A stretch of 64,000 bases of DNA from Nitrospirota bacterium (lineage in GTDB: Bacteria; Nitrospirota; Thermodesulfovibrionia; Thermodesulfovibrionales; Dissulfurispiraceae). Shown here one piece after another: positions 20,561-30,526 of the stretch. The DNA lies in NCBI GenBank assembly GCA_963790025.1, contig CAWBMP010000004.1, forward strand, positions 864,001 to 928,000, read 5' to 3'. How positions within the stretch are numbered: position 1 is the stretch's first letter; each line of letters starts with the position of its first letter. A model generated the notes under the pieces. The model did not search any database. It saw only the letters and a program-made list of their open reading frames with translations, and was not told where the DNA came from. A program made the translations under genes and the position numbers.

Positions 20561-22388
20561 TCCCATGTTCCCGCGGCAGCAAGACAGTAAATACGGTTTT
20601 CCCCGGAACACTGTCTACTGAAATACGCCCTTCATGTTTCTTGACAATGCCTGACACAATTGAAAGTCCGAGCCCGGTGCCCTTGCCGATTCCCTTTGTT
20701 GTGAAAAAAGGATCAAATAGTCTGGATACATTTTCTCCTGAGATACCGCTACCATTATCCATAACTTGGACACTTATCCATTCCCCTTGCTCCCTGGTCT
20801 CTATTCTTATCAAGCCCTTTTTGGCTTCCATATCGACCTCCTTTATTGCATCATATGAGTTGCTGATCAGATTCGTCCAGACCTGGCTGATTTCACTGGT
20901 GCATCGAATGAGCGGCAGCGGCCCCAGCTCTTTTTCCACTTTAACGTCATATTTAAGTTTGTTGTTCATAAGCAGGAGGACATTCTCAATATTTTCGTTA
21001 ATATCTATGGAAGCGATTTTATCCATATCGGTATAAGCATAATATTTCAAAGCCCTGACAATATCAGTGATCTTCTTTATGCTGGAGTCGCATATCTTAA
21101 TCCCCAAATTGATCGTGCCTATCGAGTCTGACAACTCCATTACCCAGGGTTGCTTGAGCAGGTCTTCGTATTGAGCCAATTTGCCTTTATCGAGAAGATT
21201 ATATTTCGCGAGAATGGCAGCTACTTCCCTTTTATTTTGCACGCCTGCCTCTGTGAGCCATTTACCGATCTCGCTGCTCTTCTTCCACTGCATTCCACTA
21301 TCCATATTGAATTCATTAATGGAAAATTCATCAACGAATGCACAAAACCTGGGCAATTCTTTTTCCGGTAGTCTGTGAATATTGATCAGCAAATCAGTGA
21401 TTTTCCTGGTTCGGTCTCGCAGGTCGCTTGCCACATTGGCGATCGCACCGGCAGGTGTATTGATTTCATGAGCAATCCCCGAGATCAGGACGCCAAGAGA
21501 AGCCATTTTCTCGTTGAGAACTAGTTGCGCCTGGGCATCTTTCAATTTGTTTTCCCTCAACAGAATCTTCTCCCGGGCTGAATGCAGTTCGTTGAAAGAA
21601 CTCTCAAGTCGTTCAGCCATCTCATTGAAGGACTCTGCAAGGAATCCGATCTCATTGTTTTCAGTGACGTTCGCACGGACTGACAGATCGCCCTTTCCGA
21701 GCTGCATCGCATTATCGGCCAATAGCTCAAGAGGCTTAGTCGCACGCTTTATGTTCCAGTAAAGCACAGCAAGCGTGAACAGGATGAAGATGACAAAGGT
21801 GATAAAAGAATAGAGCATCGTACCGAGGGCCTTATTATAGACCGAGTGCCTCGAAACCCCGATATTGATGCCGCCCACAACCCTCTGGTACAGTGGGTCT
21901 ATGACGGGAATAAATGTGTAGAAAGTGGAATATGTCGCGAATGTCTTCCGTACATTTTTTTTAATAAGGGAGCTGATATATTCCGGATAAAATAACTTAC
22001 CTTTTTCTGCCGTGGGGTAGCTGTACAGGACTTTGCAATTTTCATCCACCACATTGGCATAAATTACATCTTTATCTACTTTGACGTCCTTTTCCAGCTC
22101 TTTTTCTATCCCGTCCAGGGAGTTAATCTGCAAACGAAGGCTCAGCAGATCTTCGATAAAAATCTTCATATTACTCCCCGCAACATCTACCCTGGACTCT
22201 ATGAGTGAAAGATATTCATTGCTAAAACAATAAGTTGTAATCACTACGGCAATACATGTATTAATCAAAAGAACAACAGACAAAAATACGGTAAACTGAT
22301 GAGACATGCGGTTCTTTTTTGCCCTGCCATTTACCCGGGCATAAGACTTGTCTTCTGTAATTATCTGTTCTGTCGTTTCAGCCATCAT
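20538..22388 (-). CDS. Membrane sensor histidine kinase (periplasmic sensor-HAMP-HisKA-HATPase)
   Basis: Two TMs, HAMP (EIGFLAESFNEM), AHEINTP, QVWTNL, DNGSG and FFTTK..GTGLGL. Confidence 0.93.
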   Translation of the reverse strand: MMAETTEQIITEDKSYARVNGRAKKNRMSHQFTVFLSVVLLINTCIAVVITTYCFSNEYLSLIESRVDVAGSNMKIFIEDLLSLRLQINSLDGIEKELEKDVKVDKDVIYANVVDENCKVLYSYPTAEKGKLFYPEYISSLIKKNVRKTFATYSTFYTFIPVIDPLYQRVVGGINIGVSRHSVYNKALGTMLYSFITFVIFILFTLAVLYWNIKRATKPLELLADNAMQLGKGDLSVRANVTENNEIGFLAESFNEMAERLESSFNELHSAREKILLRENKLKDAQAQLVLNEKMASLGVLISGIAHEINTPAGAIANVASDLRDRTRKITDLLINIHRLPEKELPRFCAFVDEFSINEFNMDSGMQWKKSSEIGKWLTEAGVQNKREVAAILAKYNLLDKGKLAQYEDLLKQPWVMELSDSIGTINLGIKICDSSIKKITDIVRALKYYAYTDMDKIASIDINENIENVLLLMNNKLKYDVKVEKELGPLPLIRCTSEISQVWTNLISNSYDAIKEVDMEAKKGLIRIETREQGEWISVQVMDNGSGISGENVSRLFDPFFTTKGIGKGTGLGLSIVSGIVKKHEGRISVDSVPGKTVFTVLLPREHGNGGWKIE

Positions 22389-22498
22389 GTCACCGTAACT
22401 TTAATCATCCCTTCCTACTGCAAAATAGCCCTCTGCATCGTTACAATACGTTATCGGCGGAAAAAGCAATAAATTGAGCATGCGCCATCTGCCGGGGA

Positions 22499-24517
22499 TT
22501 ATTCGACTTTTCCGGCCCCGCAGGAAGGAAAGAACTTTTCAAAGATGCTTTCTATAGCTTCTTTTTTAACCGGCTTCGTAATATAATCATTTATTCCGGC
22601 AGCAAGCGAATTATTGACATCAACAGAGAGGGCATTGGCAGAAACGGCAATAATAGGGGCCTTTATACCGGACTTACGCATCTCCTGCGTTGCCTCAATC
22701 CCATCCATTTCAGGCATCTGAACATCCATGAGGATTATATCATAAGTTGTCTTCTTCACCATTTCAAGGGCCTCTCTGCCGTTTTGAGCCACATCCGGCC
22801 TGATGGAAAAAAAGGTCTGCAACATCGCTTGCGCCAAAAGGATATTAATCTCAACATCTTCAACAACAAGCACCTTCAAAGCACTGAACCTGTCTGCGGC
22901 AGCCTCCCACCGCCTCGAAGCTGTATCTTTTTTCGACGGCTTCTGAATGGTCCCCAGCACAAAACTGACATAAAACTTAGTCCCAACTCCCTCTTTACTA
23001 ATAACCTCTATATCACCACCCATCAACCTCACAAATGACCTTGACAGGTAAAGGCCAAGACCTGTCCCTCCGTATTTTGAGGAATGCATCTGTTTGAATG
23101 GAACAAAAAGATGATGCATCTTATCAGCCGGGATACCTCTGCCGGTATCCTCCACGCAAAATTTGAACACAGAGGTTCCGGAATAGATGCCGTCCTGGAC
23201 CACCATGGAAAGCTTTATAAAGCCTCTCTCCGTAAATTTTGCCGCATTGCCGAGAAGGTTCAGGAATACTTGTTTGATCCTCATCGGATCTCCCATTACA
23301 TGAAAATCCATTTCCGGGATATCGCTCAGAAATTCAACTGCCTTATTCAGTCTGGAAGAAATTGCCGTCATACATTCCATCAGGAGTTCCCTGAGATCAA
23401 AGGACTCTGTCTTCAGGTCCAATTGTCCGGCATCTATCTTCGAGACATCGAGCACATCGCAGATGAGAGAAAGGAGGTGATCTGCACTCTTCTGCGTATA
23501 TTGCAGCAACTGGCGCTGGTGTGCATCGAGTGAAGTGGTCGACAGGATATCGCCGAACCCTATGATTGAGTTCAGCGGCGTCCTGATTTCGTGGCTCATA
23601 GAGGCAAGAAAGCGCTTCTGCGATTCCAGCGCATGACGGAGATCCTCCGATACCTTAACGAGTTCCTCCGACTTCTGTTTCAAGTCCGCCTCGGCCCTGA
23701 TCCGTTCCGCCAGTTCCTCCTGCGTTTTCGTGTTCGCCTCTTCGAGCTGTTCGGCCATGAAGTTGAAAGACTGTGCGAGAGAGCCGATCTCATTGTTTTC
23801 GCAGACGTCCATGCGGACTGCCAGGTCGCCTTTTCCGAGTGACAGCGCCTTACCGGCCAATACCTCAAGCGGCTTTGTTTTGCGTTTTATGCTCCAGTAC
23901 AGCACCGAGAGCGTGACAAGAATGAAAGCTGCAAAGGTGAAAATAAGATAGCTAAGAGTCCTGGCGGCTTTATTATAAACGGATCGCTTTAAAATCCCTA
24001 TATTTAGACCGCCCACAACTTTCTTGCTCTGAGGGTCTCTGATAGGAATAAATGTATTATAAGAGGAATGCGTGGTGAATGTATTTTGAACTCCGCTTCT
24101 TAGAAGAGGAATAATTTCATCACCATGGAACATCAGACCTTTCTCTGCCTCAGGGAAGCTGTATATAATACGGCTCTTGTCATCCACCACATTTGCATAT
24201 AATGCATTCAGGTCGCCTGTGACATGCTTTTCGAGCTCTCTTGGAACTCCTTCCAATGAGCTGATAGGCAAGCCAAGATTTATGATATCTTCAATAAACG
24301 TTTTTAGATTGTTACCGGCAACTGCCACCCGGGATTGTATTAAAAAAAAATATTCATTCTTAATGTGAATACCCGCAATCGCCACGGCAACACATGTATT
24401 AATGAATAGGACAATGAACAAAAAAGTGATGAATTGATGAGACAGGCGACCCTTTTTCTTTTCCACACTTTTGGACTGAAGACCGGAATTCCCTTGCCGA
24501 GTCGTATGCTCTACCAT
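22499..24517 (-). CDS. Hybrid sensor histidine kinase with C-terminal receiver
   Basis: Two TMs, HAMP, SHEIRTPLN, NAAKFT, DTGRG, GTGLGL, and REC (MDVQMP). Confidence 0.94.
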   Translation of the reverse strand: MVEHTTRQGNSGLQSKSVEKKKGRLSHQFITFLFIVLFINTCVAVAIAGIHIKNEYFFLIQSRVAVAGNNLKTFIEDIINLGLPISSLEGVPRELEKHVTGDLNALYANVVDDKSRIIYSFPEAEKGLMFHGDEIIPLLRSGVQNTFTTHSSYNTFIPIRDPQSKKVVGGLNIGILKRSVYNKAARTLSYLIFTFAAFILVTLSVLYWSIKRKTKPLEVLAGKALSLGKGDLAVRMDVCENNEIGSLAQSFNFMAEQLEEANTKTQEELAERIRAEADLKQKSEELVKVSEDLRHALESQKRFLASMSHEIRTPLNSIIGFGDILSTTSLDAHQRQLLQYTQKSADHLLSLICDVLDVSKIDAGQLDLKTESFDLRELLMECMTAISSRLNKAVEFLSDIPEMDFHVMGDPMRIKQVFLNLLGNAAKFTERGFIKLSMVVQDGIYSGTSVFKFCVEDTGRGIPADKMHHLFVPFKQMHSSKYGGTGLGLYLSRSFVRLMGGDIEVISKEGVGTKFYVSFVLGTIQKPSKKDTASRRWEAAADRFSALKVLVVEDVEINILLAQAMLQTFFSIRPDVAQNGREALEMVKKTTYDIILMDVQMPEMDGIEATQEMRKSGIKAPIIAVSANALSVDVNNSLAAGINDYITKPVKKEAIESIFEKFFPSCGAGKVE

Positions 24518-24609
24518 CCTTCATACCTCATACCTGATTTTCTTTCAAAAAACTGGCAGAACAACCCGGAAATATATTTTGGAGTCCGGTCAATACAACA
24601 TCGCCGGGA

Positions 24610-25206
24610 TCATCCAAAAGACCCCCATTTATCCAAATCAACCGCTTCAGTCCTTGAAGAAATATAGTTTATGAGATTTTGGAGGAATCCCGTCAATAAT
24701 TCATCAGTTCTTACAAACTTAACACCTACATGAAGCACTTTATTCTCATCTCCAGACCGTGTCCAGCAAACTTTAACTTCAACAAAAATAGGCTGGACAA
24801 AGATTGGGAAATCAACCTCGACCACAAAACTTTGCCCTGGAAATACCTCTCTTGACTTTTCATCCGCTCTCACGAAAAAACCCATTCCGCCCTCACCCAG
24901 GTCAAGCAAGGGGACATGGCTTGACCGTTTAAGGAGAAATTCTGCCGGGGGAACTTCTGTATACATGACACGATAAAGAGGGGGCGACGAAGCTTGCAAA
25001 AGAGATTCAGGCAATGGCCGGAAGAAGCTGCTCTCACCTGCGAGTGCCCGCGCATGTTTCCGTTTCTGACGTAAAACCGGATCCGGCATAGTGAGCGTGG
25101 TTCCGCAAAAGGGGCACTTGCCTGTCTTGCCGGTCTCTTCAGTTTTGCTTCTAAGCACCTTACGGCATTTTTCGCAGCGAAAAGTGGTGATACTATCCAT
25201 GAGCAT
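24610..25206 (-). CDS. Zinc-ribbon + PilZ-like domain protein
   Basis: CEKC...CPFC N-terminus; RKHAR (RxxxR), DLGEGG (D-x-x-x-x-G-like), V.W and GVKF. Confidence 0.7.
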   Translation of the reverse strand: MLMDSITTFRCEKCRKVLRSKTEETGKTGKCPFCGTTLTMPDPVLRQKRKHARALAGESSFFRPLPESLLQASSPPLYRVMYTEVPPAEFLLKRSSHVPLLDLGEGGMGFFVRADEKSREVFPGQSFVVEVDFPIFVQPIFVEVKVCWTRSGDENKVLHVGVKFVRTDELLTGFLQNLINYISSRTEAVDLDKWGSFG

Positions 25207-25245
25207 TAACCCCTATTGCAAGGAAGATTTTTTCTTTCCGACATG

Positions 25246-26328
25246 TTAAACCATAAAACGTTTAATGTCGCCATCTAATTCCCTCGCTTTTTTCAGTTGA
25301 AGGGATATGTATGATTTCTTGAGAACGACTGCAATTTCCGAAGCAATCTTGCTTAATAGCTCCATGTCTTCCTCGGAAAAAGTCTGTCCATCCTTCCGGT
25401 TGTTAACGTTTATCACACCTATGACTTCACCTTGTGTAACGAGCGGGACGCTTAGCAGCGAGTTAGTACGGAAGTTTTCCTTGTTCTGGACAAGACTGCT
25501 AAGATGTTCCTCTGCAGACAGGTCCTTTATCAGCAAGGGTCGGGTCCCCATTGCAACATATCCTGAAATTCCTACGCCCAGGGGGATCTTGACCTTGCTG
25601 ATATCTACGTCAGGTATCCCTATTGTTTTTTTAATTTTCAGGTTCTTACGTTCCTCGTCCATAATCATCAGAGAACAGCGGTCAACCTGTAAATATTTCT
25701 CTATTAACTGCAGTACGGTTTCAAGGAGCTGATCTTCGTCCCTGATACTGCTGAGTTTGTTGCCAATTTCATAGAGCAGCTCAAGCGACCTTGCTTTCTC
25801 TTCCAGTTTCCGTTTTTCCACAAAGCTTTCAAAAAGGAAAGAGAGCTGGTCAAGGAAAACATTGATCAGTTCCATCGTGTCGTTATCCATAACGGTGTAT
25901 GCTTCACCGTACTCGCAGAGAAATAATCCAAGTATTTTGGAGAAAGACGAAATGGGAACAACCGCAATAAATACATCGTCAAATACGAAGGTCTTCTTTT
26001 CTGTCTGCACCGTTATGTTCTCCGAATGGGCCGCTTTGAGGCTGAATTCGCCCAATGACCGCAGATCACCTTGAAAAAAACCTCCTGCATACCTGTACGC
26101 CTGCTTTCCGGCCGCGGCACGAAATCGAAACCGTTCGGACTTCTCGTCAATCAAAAAAAGTGCTGTCTCCTCTGCGCCGGAAATCTTTTTAAAATGGCTG
26201 CATATTAATTCCTCTTTCTGTTCCCGGGATGCCTGGGCTACTATATTCATTAGTGTGCGATGATTGTCGCGAAAACCTTCCAGTCGTTTGATCAAACTTT
26301 CAGTTTTATTTTCGATATTGTTGTTCAT
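25246..26328 (-). CDS. Tandem GAF-domain protein with no output domain
   Basis: Clear C-terminal GAF (GISGYV, SLLSVPL, GVINVNNR, FSEED) and a degenerate N-terminal GAF. Confidence 0.8.
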   Translation of the reverse strand: MNNNIENKTESLIKRLEGFRDNHRTLMNIVAQASREQKEELICSHFKKISGAEETALFLIDEKSERFRFRAAAGKQAYRYAGGFFQGDLRSLGEFSLKAAHSENITVQTEKKTFVFDDVFIAVVPISSFSKILGLFLCEYGEAYTVMDNDTMELINVFLDQLSFLFESFVEKRKLEEKARSLELLYEIGNKLSSIRDEDQLLETVLQLIEKYLQVDRCSLMIMDEERKNLKIKKTIGIPDVDISKVKIPLGVGISGYVAMGTRPLLIKDLSAEEHLSSLVQNKENFRTNSLLSVPLVTQGEVIGVINVNNRKDGQTFSEEDMELLSKIASEIAVVLKKSYISLQLKKARELDGDIKRFMV

Positions 26329-26358
26329 GCTCCTTTTGGCTCCGTCACAAATTTAATT

Positions 26359-27324
26359 TTATAAACCCATAATATATTTCTGGGATAATGCCAGAATAAC
26401 GGGAATAGTTACAATCCCGAACAAAGTCCCTATGAGGACCATCGATGCAGCTATTCCGGGGCAATCATCAAATTTTTCGTTCAACAGAAAGCTGGTAATA
26501 GGTGCCGGCATGGCCGCCATGAGCATAATAACAGCCTCTGTTATTCTTGCATCCTTAAATAAAACAGCGTTATAGCCGGATGCAACCGGTGACCAGCCCA
26601 CTTGCCGATAAAAAAGAATAAGGCCAAAAGCAATTATCGGTCCCAGGAATACGCGCATGCTTGCTCCGGCCAGGCCATGTTTCAGATCCGCAAGTTTTGT
26701 CCGTTTGAGGGAATATCCGAGGCTTATGATAAGCAGGGGGATTGCCCCTTTTCCAAGGATATCGATCGCTTTACCGAGCATATCCAGATAAAATTTTGTA
26801 TTTTCCGGCACTCTTATCGGAGCCATGGCGACGATAAGGCCGGCCGCAGCCGCATAAACAAAGGGAATCTTGAAGAATTCTTTTATATCGGTTTTCTTGC
26901 TCACCATAAAAACACCCATCGTATAAAGAAACAATACATTTACGACATGGAATATGATGGCCTTGGACAACCCGTCCTTACCATAAAGGAATAATGCCAT
27001 GGGCAAAGCGATGTTCCCGGTGTTCATGAAAATAATCGGCAGATAGATGCCTCTTTGACGTAGTCCAGCAATCCTCATATAAAAATAAGTGATGATCATT
27101 AAAGAGAAAATCAGTATAATCACTGACGAGCCAAGCAGTATAAACTCATTGGCCTGGAATCTATGCTCGGCCAGGGAAGAATAAACCATACACGGAGAAA
27201 ATATATAATAAATCAGATTGGCGATGCTTTTCAGATCCAGTTTGGTATCCTTCTTGGAATAATAATAGCCCACGAAGGCAATAATAAAAGAGGGCAGTAC
27301 CGCTGCAAGTATATTCATTTTCAT
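26359..27324 (-). CDS. AEC (auxin efflux carrier) family permease
   Basis: About 10 TMs; FMNTGNIALP and MPAP motifs. Confidence 0.85.
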   Translation of the reverse strand: MKMNILAAVLPSFIIAFVGYYYSKKDTKLDLKSIANLIYYIFSPCMVYSSLAEHRFQANEFILLGSSVIILIFSLMIITYFYMRIAGLRQRGIYLPIIFMNTGNIALPMALFLYGKDGLSKAIIFHVVNVLFLYTMGVFMVSKKTDIKEFFKIPFVYAAAAGLIVAMAPIRVPENTKFYLDMLGKAIDILGKGAIPLLIISLGYSLKRTKLADLKHGLAGASMRVFLGPIIAFGLILFYRQVGWSPVASGYNAVLFKDARITEAVIMLMAAMPAPITSFLLNEKFDDCPGIAASMVLIGTLFGIVTIPVILALSQKYIMGL

Positions 27325-27360
27325 AAACTTAAATCCTTTTTCGTTAAGATGTTTTTTCCG

Positions 27361-28317
27361 TTACTTTACCACCGTCGCGATGCGCAATATCTGCACCGGC
27401 ACATTTACACCGATTTTTTTTGATGTCTTAAGGTTCACCCTGATATGCAACCGTTCGAGATGGCTGGTAGGTATGTCTTTCGGTTTCTTGCCATCGAGAA
27501 TAGCCAGAGTCTTATAAGCAGCCAGTTGTCCAAGTTCGGTGTAATCCGGTCCCACACCAATAAAGGCCCCGGGGTCTTCCACCAGATCAGGGAGTAAGGC
27601 AACAGTCGGAATTTTAAGATTGTTAAACTGTGTAACAATAATCTTCGCCTGGGACATTATAAGAGAATCCGCAGGAAGAAGCACTGCATCAACTTTTTCA
27701 TCAGCAAGCTTCTTTATAACGGCAGGTATTGCTTTAAAGTGCTCAATCGGAGCCGCAAACATGGTAAACTTATATGCCTTTTGAAGTTGCTGTGCCTCAG
27801 CGAGCTGAATGACCGAGTTGGGCTCTTCAGGGTTGTATAAAAAGCCAAGGCGGTTAATCCGCATTACCATGGAGATAGTATTAAGAATGCTGGCCATAGA
27901 AACCATATTGGAAACTCCTGTCACGTTGTTGCCTGAATGTTCCCAACTCTTAATGAGCCCGGCTTCGACCGGCCTGGCTACAGCATTGAACACAATGGGG
28001 GTGTCCTTGATCTTCTTTTTCAATTCAGCGGTCACGATAGTTCCAAATGCATAGATAAGCTTATATTTCTTATAATCAAGTTTATTGATGATCCTGTCCA
28101 GTTTACCCCTGTCCTGATTTGCATCAATAACTGTGAACCGGAACGCATAGTTACCGGACTCATTCAACTTGGCCTGATACCCTATTTCCCCTTCAGTCAT
28201 CCCTCGCCACAGTATCATGGCTATATCAACTGTCCCTTTGGACCATGCCAGAAAGGCGCTTGCTGCAAGAACTAATACGACAACAAGCACAGCAAGCAGT
28301 CTGGGGTATAATTTCAT
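27361..28317 (-). CDS. ABC-type substrate-binding protein (paralog of 16465-17421)
   Basis: ILWRGMT, YAFGTIVT, SGNNVTGVSN and ERLHIR shared with the paralog. Confidence 0.85.
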   Translation of the reverse strand: MKLYPRLLAVLVVVLVLAASAFLAWSKGTVDIAMILWRGMTEGEIGYQAKLNESGNYAFRFTVIDANQDRGKLDRIINKLDYKKYKLIYAFGTIVTAELKKKIKDTPIVFNAVARPVEAGLIKSWEHSGNNVTGVSNMVSMASILNTISMVMRINRLGFLYNPEEPNSVIQLAEAQQLQKAYKFTMFAAPIEHFKAIPAVIKKLADEKVDAVLLPADSLIMSQAKIIVTQFNNLKIPTVALLPDLVEDPGAFIGVGPDYTELGQLAAYKTLAILDGKKPKDIPTSHLERLHIRVNLKTSKKIGVNVPVQILRIATVVK

Positions 28318-28498
28318 GGCCCTCCTTCCGTGCTGTGAAAAGAACTGAAAACATGAATATAATAAAGAAATGAAAAGAATATTTCCACTATTTCATTATT
28401 TTATTATTTGATATCTTCCGTTTTGTCTGACGCGTCATGACATAAACAGGCTGCAGACTTCCATACCTGATTCTTAGTACAAAGTAAACATTTTTACT

Positions 28499-28687
28499 CT
28501 AAGCCCACTCCTTGCATTCGAAAGTACAACGGGCCTTTAATTTGACGCATTTGATATACAAGGTATTATTCTTTTTGTCATCCACAAAAGACGATGAGAG
28601 GCATTGAAGAGGGTCCTCACCACAGATTCCCTTCGCCTTCTCCTTCAGCCATTCTTCGGTCAAGTCATTGAGACTCTTATTTTCCAT
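28499..28687 (-). CDS. Small Cys-rich hypothetical protein (62 aa)
   Basis: GGGAGGGG RBS before the ATG; five Cys; same strand as neighbours. Confidence 0.5.
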   Translation of the reverse strand: MENKSLNDLTEEWLKEKAKGICGEDPLQCLSSSFVDDKKNNTLYIKCVKLKARCTFECKEWA

Positions 28688-28750
28688 AAGCCCCCCTCCC
28701 GCAGTAAAGACCTCACCACAGTATTTTTGTGGTTGAACACTTTAAAGCGG

Positions 28751-29359
28751 TCATTTTTCAGTAAGCTTCTTCAGGTCGTCGCAGGCATTCTGATTACCCA
28801 TATCGCACGCCTTTTTATAATCAGCCAACGCCTTCCTTATGAGAGCATACCCCCTCGAAGCATAAGCTTCCATAAAAGCCGGCCTTATTGAAAGCGCCTG
28901 GTTGAAATCCGCGACCGCGTCATCATATTGCTCTTTTCTGGAATAAGCAATACCGCGTACCTGATAGGCAGCGGCAAATCTGGGGCTCAGGGAAATGGCC
29001 TTTGTCTCGTCTTCTATCGCTTTGCCGTATAATTCTTTTCTGAAATAAGCAAGGCCCCGTTCATTGTACATATCGGGATCGTCGGATTTGATGAGAATAG
29101 CTTTATTCAAATCCTCGATCGCTTCATCGTATTTACCTAATTTGTTATAGGCCTTGCCGCGATAATAGTAAGGTTCCGGGACCTGAGGGACCAGGGAAAT
29201 TACCTTGCTGTATTCTTTAACGGCACTGGCGTATAGTCCATCATTGTAAAACCTGGTTGCGTCGTCAAAGATAGCTTGTGGATCAGCGCAGAGGATTGAT
29301 GCTGCACTGCAAACTATAAGCAGGGCTGCAGAGAACATCATCGCAAGTAATAGTTTCAT
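28751..29359 (-). CDS. Exported TPR protein
   Basis: Signal peptide; several canonical 34-aa TPRs; ADYKKACDMG cap. Confidence 0.88.
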   Translation of the reverse strand: MKLLLAMMFSAALLIVCSAASILCADPQAIFDDATRFYNDGLYASAVKEYSKVISLVPQVPEPYYYRGKAYNKLGKYDEAIEDLNKAILIKSDDPDMYNERGLAYFRKELYGKAIEDETKAISLSPRFAAAYQVRGIAYSRKEQYDDAVADFNQALSIRPAFMEAYASRGYALIRKALADYKKACDMGNQNACDDLKKLTEK

Positions 29360-29404
29360 GTCTTATTACCTCTTCTTTATTAATGCAATTTATATTACCT
29401 GATT

Positions 29405-30526
29405 TCACCAAAAAATGGTAAGTGGATGGGGTGAGGATTCTGTTGCAATGAGTGACAGGTATTCCTTCGCCAACGCCGGATAGAGCATCGGATTGAACAG
29501 AATGTTGGTCATGAAATAACATTCGTGAGTGCAATAACATTTTTTATCTGTTATTAAACGGATAACGCTCCTCGCTCCATCACTGCGCAACAGCCTTCGA
29601 ACGTCACCGTCATAGTCTCTCACATTTCCCAACTTTTGGTTAAGTATTTCGCATGGAAAGACATCTCCGCACTCGGTCAGCACAAGGTTCAGCCTTCCGG
29701 CGTAACAAGAAATAAGCCTTTTCTTTTCATGCACTGTCCTGTGTATCAGACGGCGCTGCACAATATCCTGGGCCGCTTTGATACGGGCTCCCCTGAACCG
29801 GTATCTTCTGGCGCAACTGTTCTTCAAATCGCTTTCGAGCCGGCCTATCGCACGATTGTAAAGCCCGATGTCGACATTCTTATAATGCCCGTTCATCAGA
29901 TCTCCGCGCACGAGTGAAATCGTATGGGTATTTATATGCTCCAGGTCCTTTACAAAATCGATTATCCCGTCCATGGCCCCCTGATTCTCCGAGCAGAACA
30001 CTGTATTGACACCGAGTTCGAAGTTCGGATACTGCGCAATAAGCTCTCCGAGCATCCTGTATGTCTGCATCGTTTTTTCAAAGCTGCCCGGCGTGTTGCG
30101 CAAGACGTCATGCGCTAGGCCCAGGCCGTCGATGGATAGCTTTACAGCAATTACGCTATTTTTGCAGCACTTCAGTATCTGCTCCGTCCTGGACCTGATG
30201 ACCGCAGGCAGCAGGCCGTTTGTAGGATAAAGCATTATGGCTGGTTTGTTGTTGCTGTAAAATACCCTGCTTATTTCGACAAGATCGTCCCTCAGGTAAA
30301 TTTCGCCACCCGAGAAAGCAAGCCACAGGAGGCTCCCCAGGGAGTGCGAAATTTTTTCAATTTCATTGAGATTGAGTTCCAAGTGAGAGTTCCATCGTTG
30401 CTTGCCTTTCAGATAGAAACAAAAAGGGCATTGTCCATTACATCTGCCGGTCAGAAAAAAAGTGAGATGAATCGGCCTGGTTTTCATGAATATCTGCCCG
30501 ATGTGCCGTGCCGGTGAGTACATCAT
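29405..30526 (-). CDS. Radical SAM protein with SPASM/twitch-like domain
   Basis: CNGQCPFC (CxxxCxxC), SGGE, and C-terminal CYAG...PCE...CYCTHEC. Confidence 0.88.
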   Translation of the reverse strand: MMYSPARHIGQIFMKTRPIHLTFFLTGRCNGQCPFCFYLKGKQRWNSHLELNLNEIEKISHSLGSLLWLAFSGGEIYLRDDLVEISRVFYSNNKPAIMLYPTNGLLPAVIRSRTEQILKCCKNSVIAVKLSIDGLGLAHDVLRNTPGSFEKTMQTYRMLGELIAQYPNFELGVNTVFCSENQGAMDGIIDFVKDLEHINTHTISLVRGDLMNGHYKNVDIGLYNRAIGRLESDLKNSCARRYRFRGARIKAAQDIVQRRLIHRTVHEKKRLISCYAGRLNLVLTECGDVFPCEILNQKLGNVRDYDGDVRRLLRSDGARSVIRLITDKKCYCTHECYFMTNILFNPMLYPALAKEYLSLIATESSPHPLTIFW

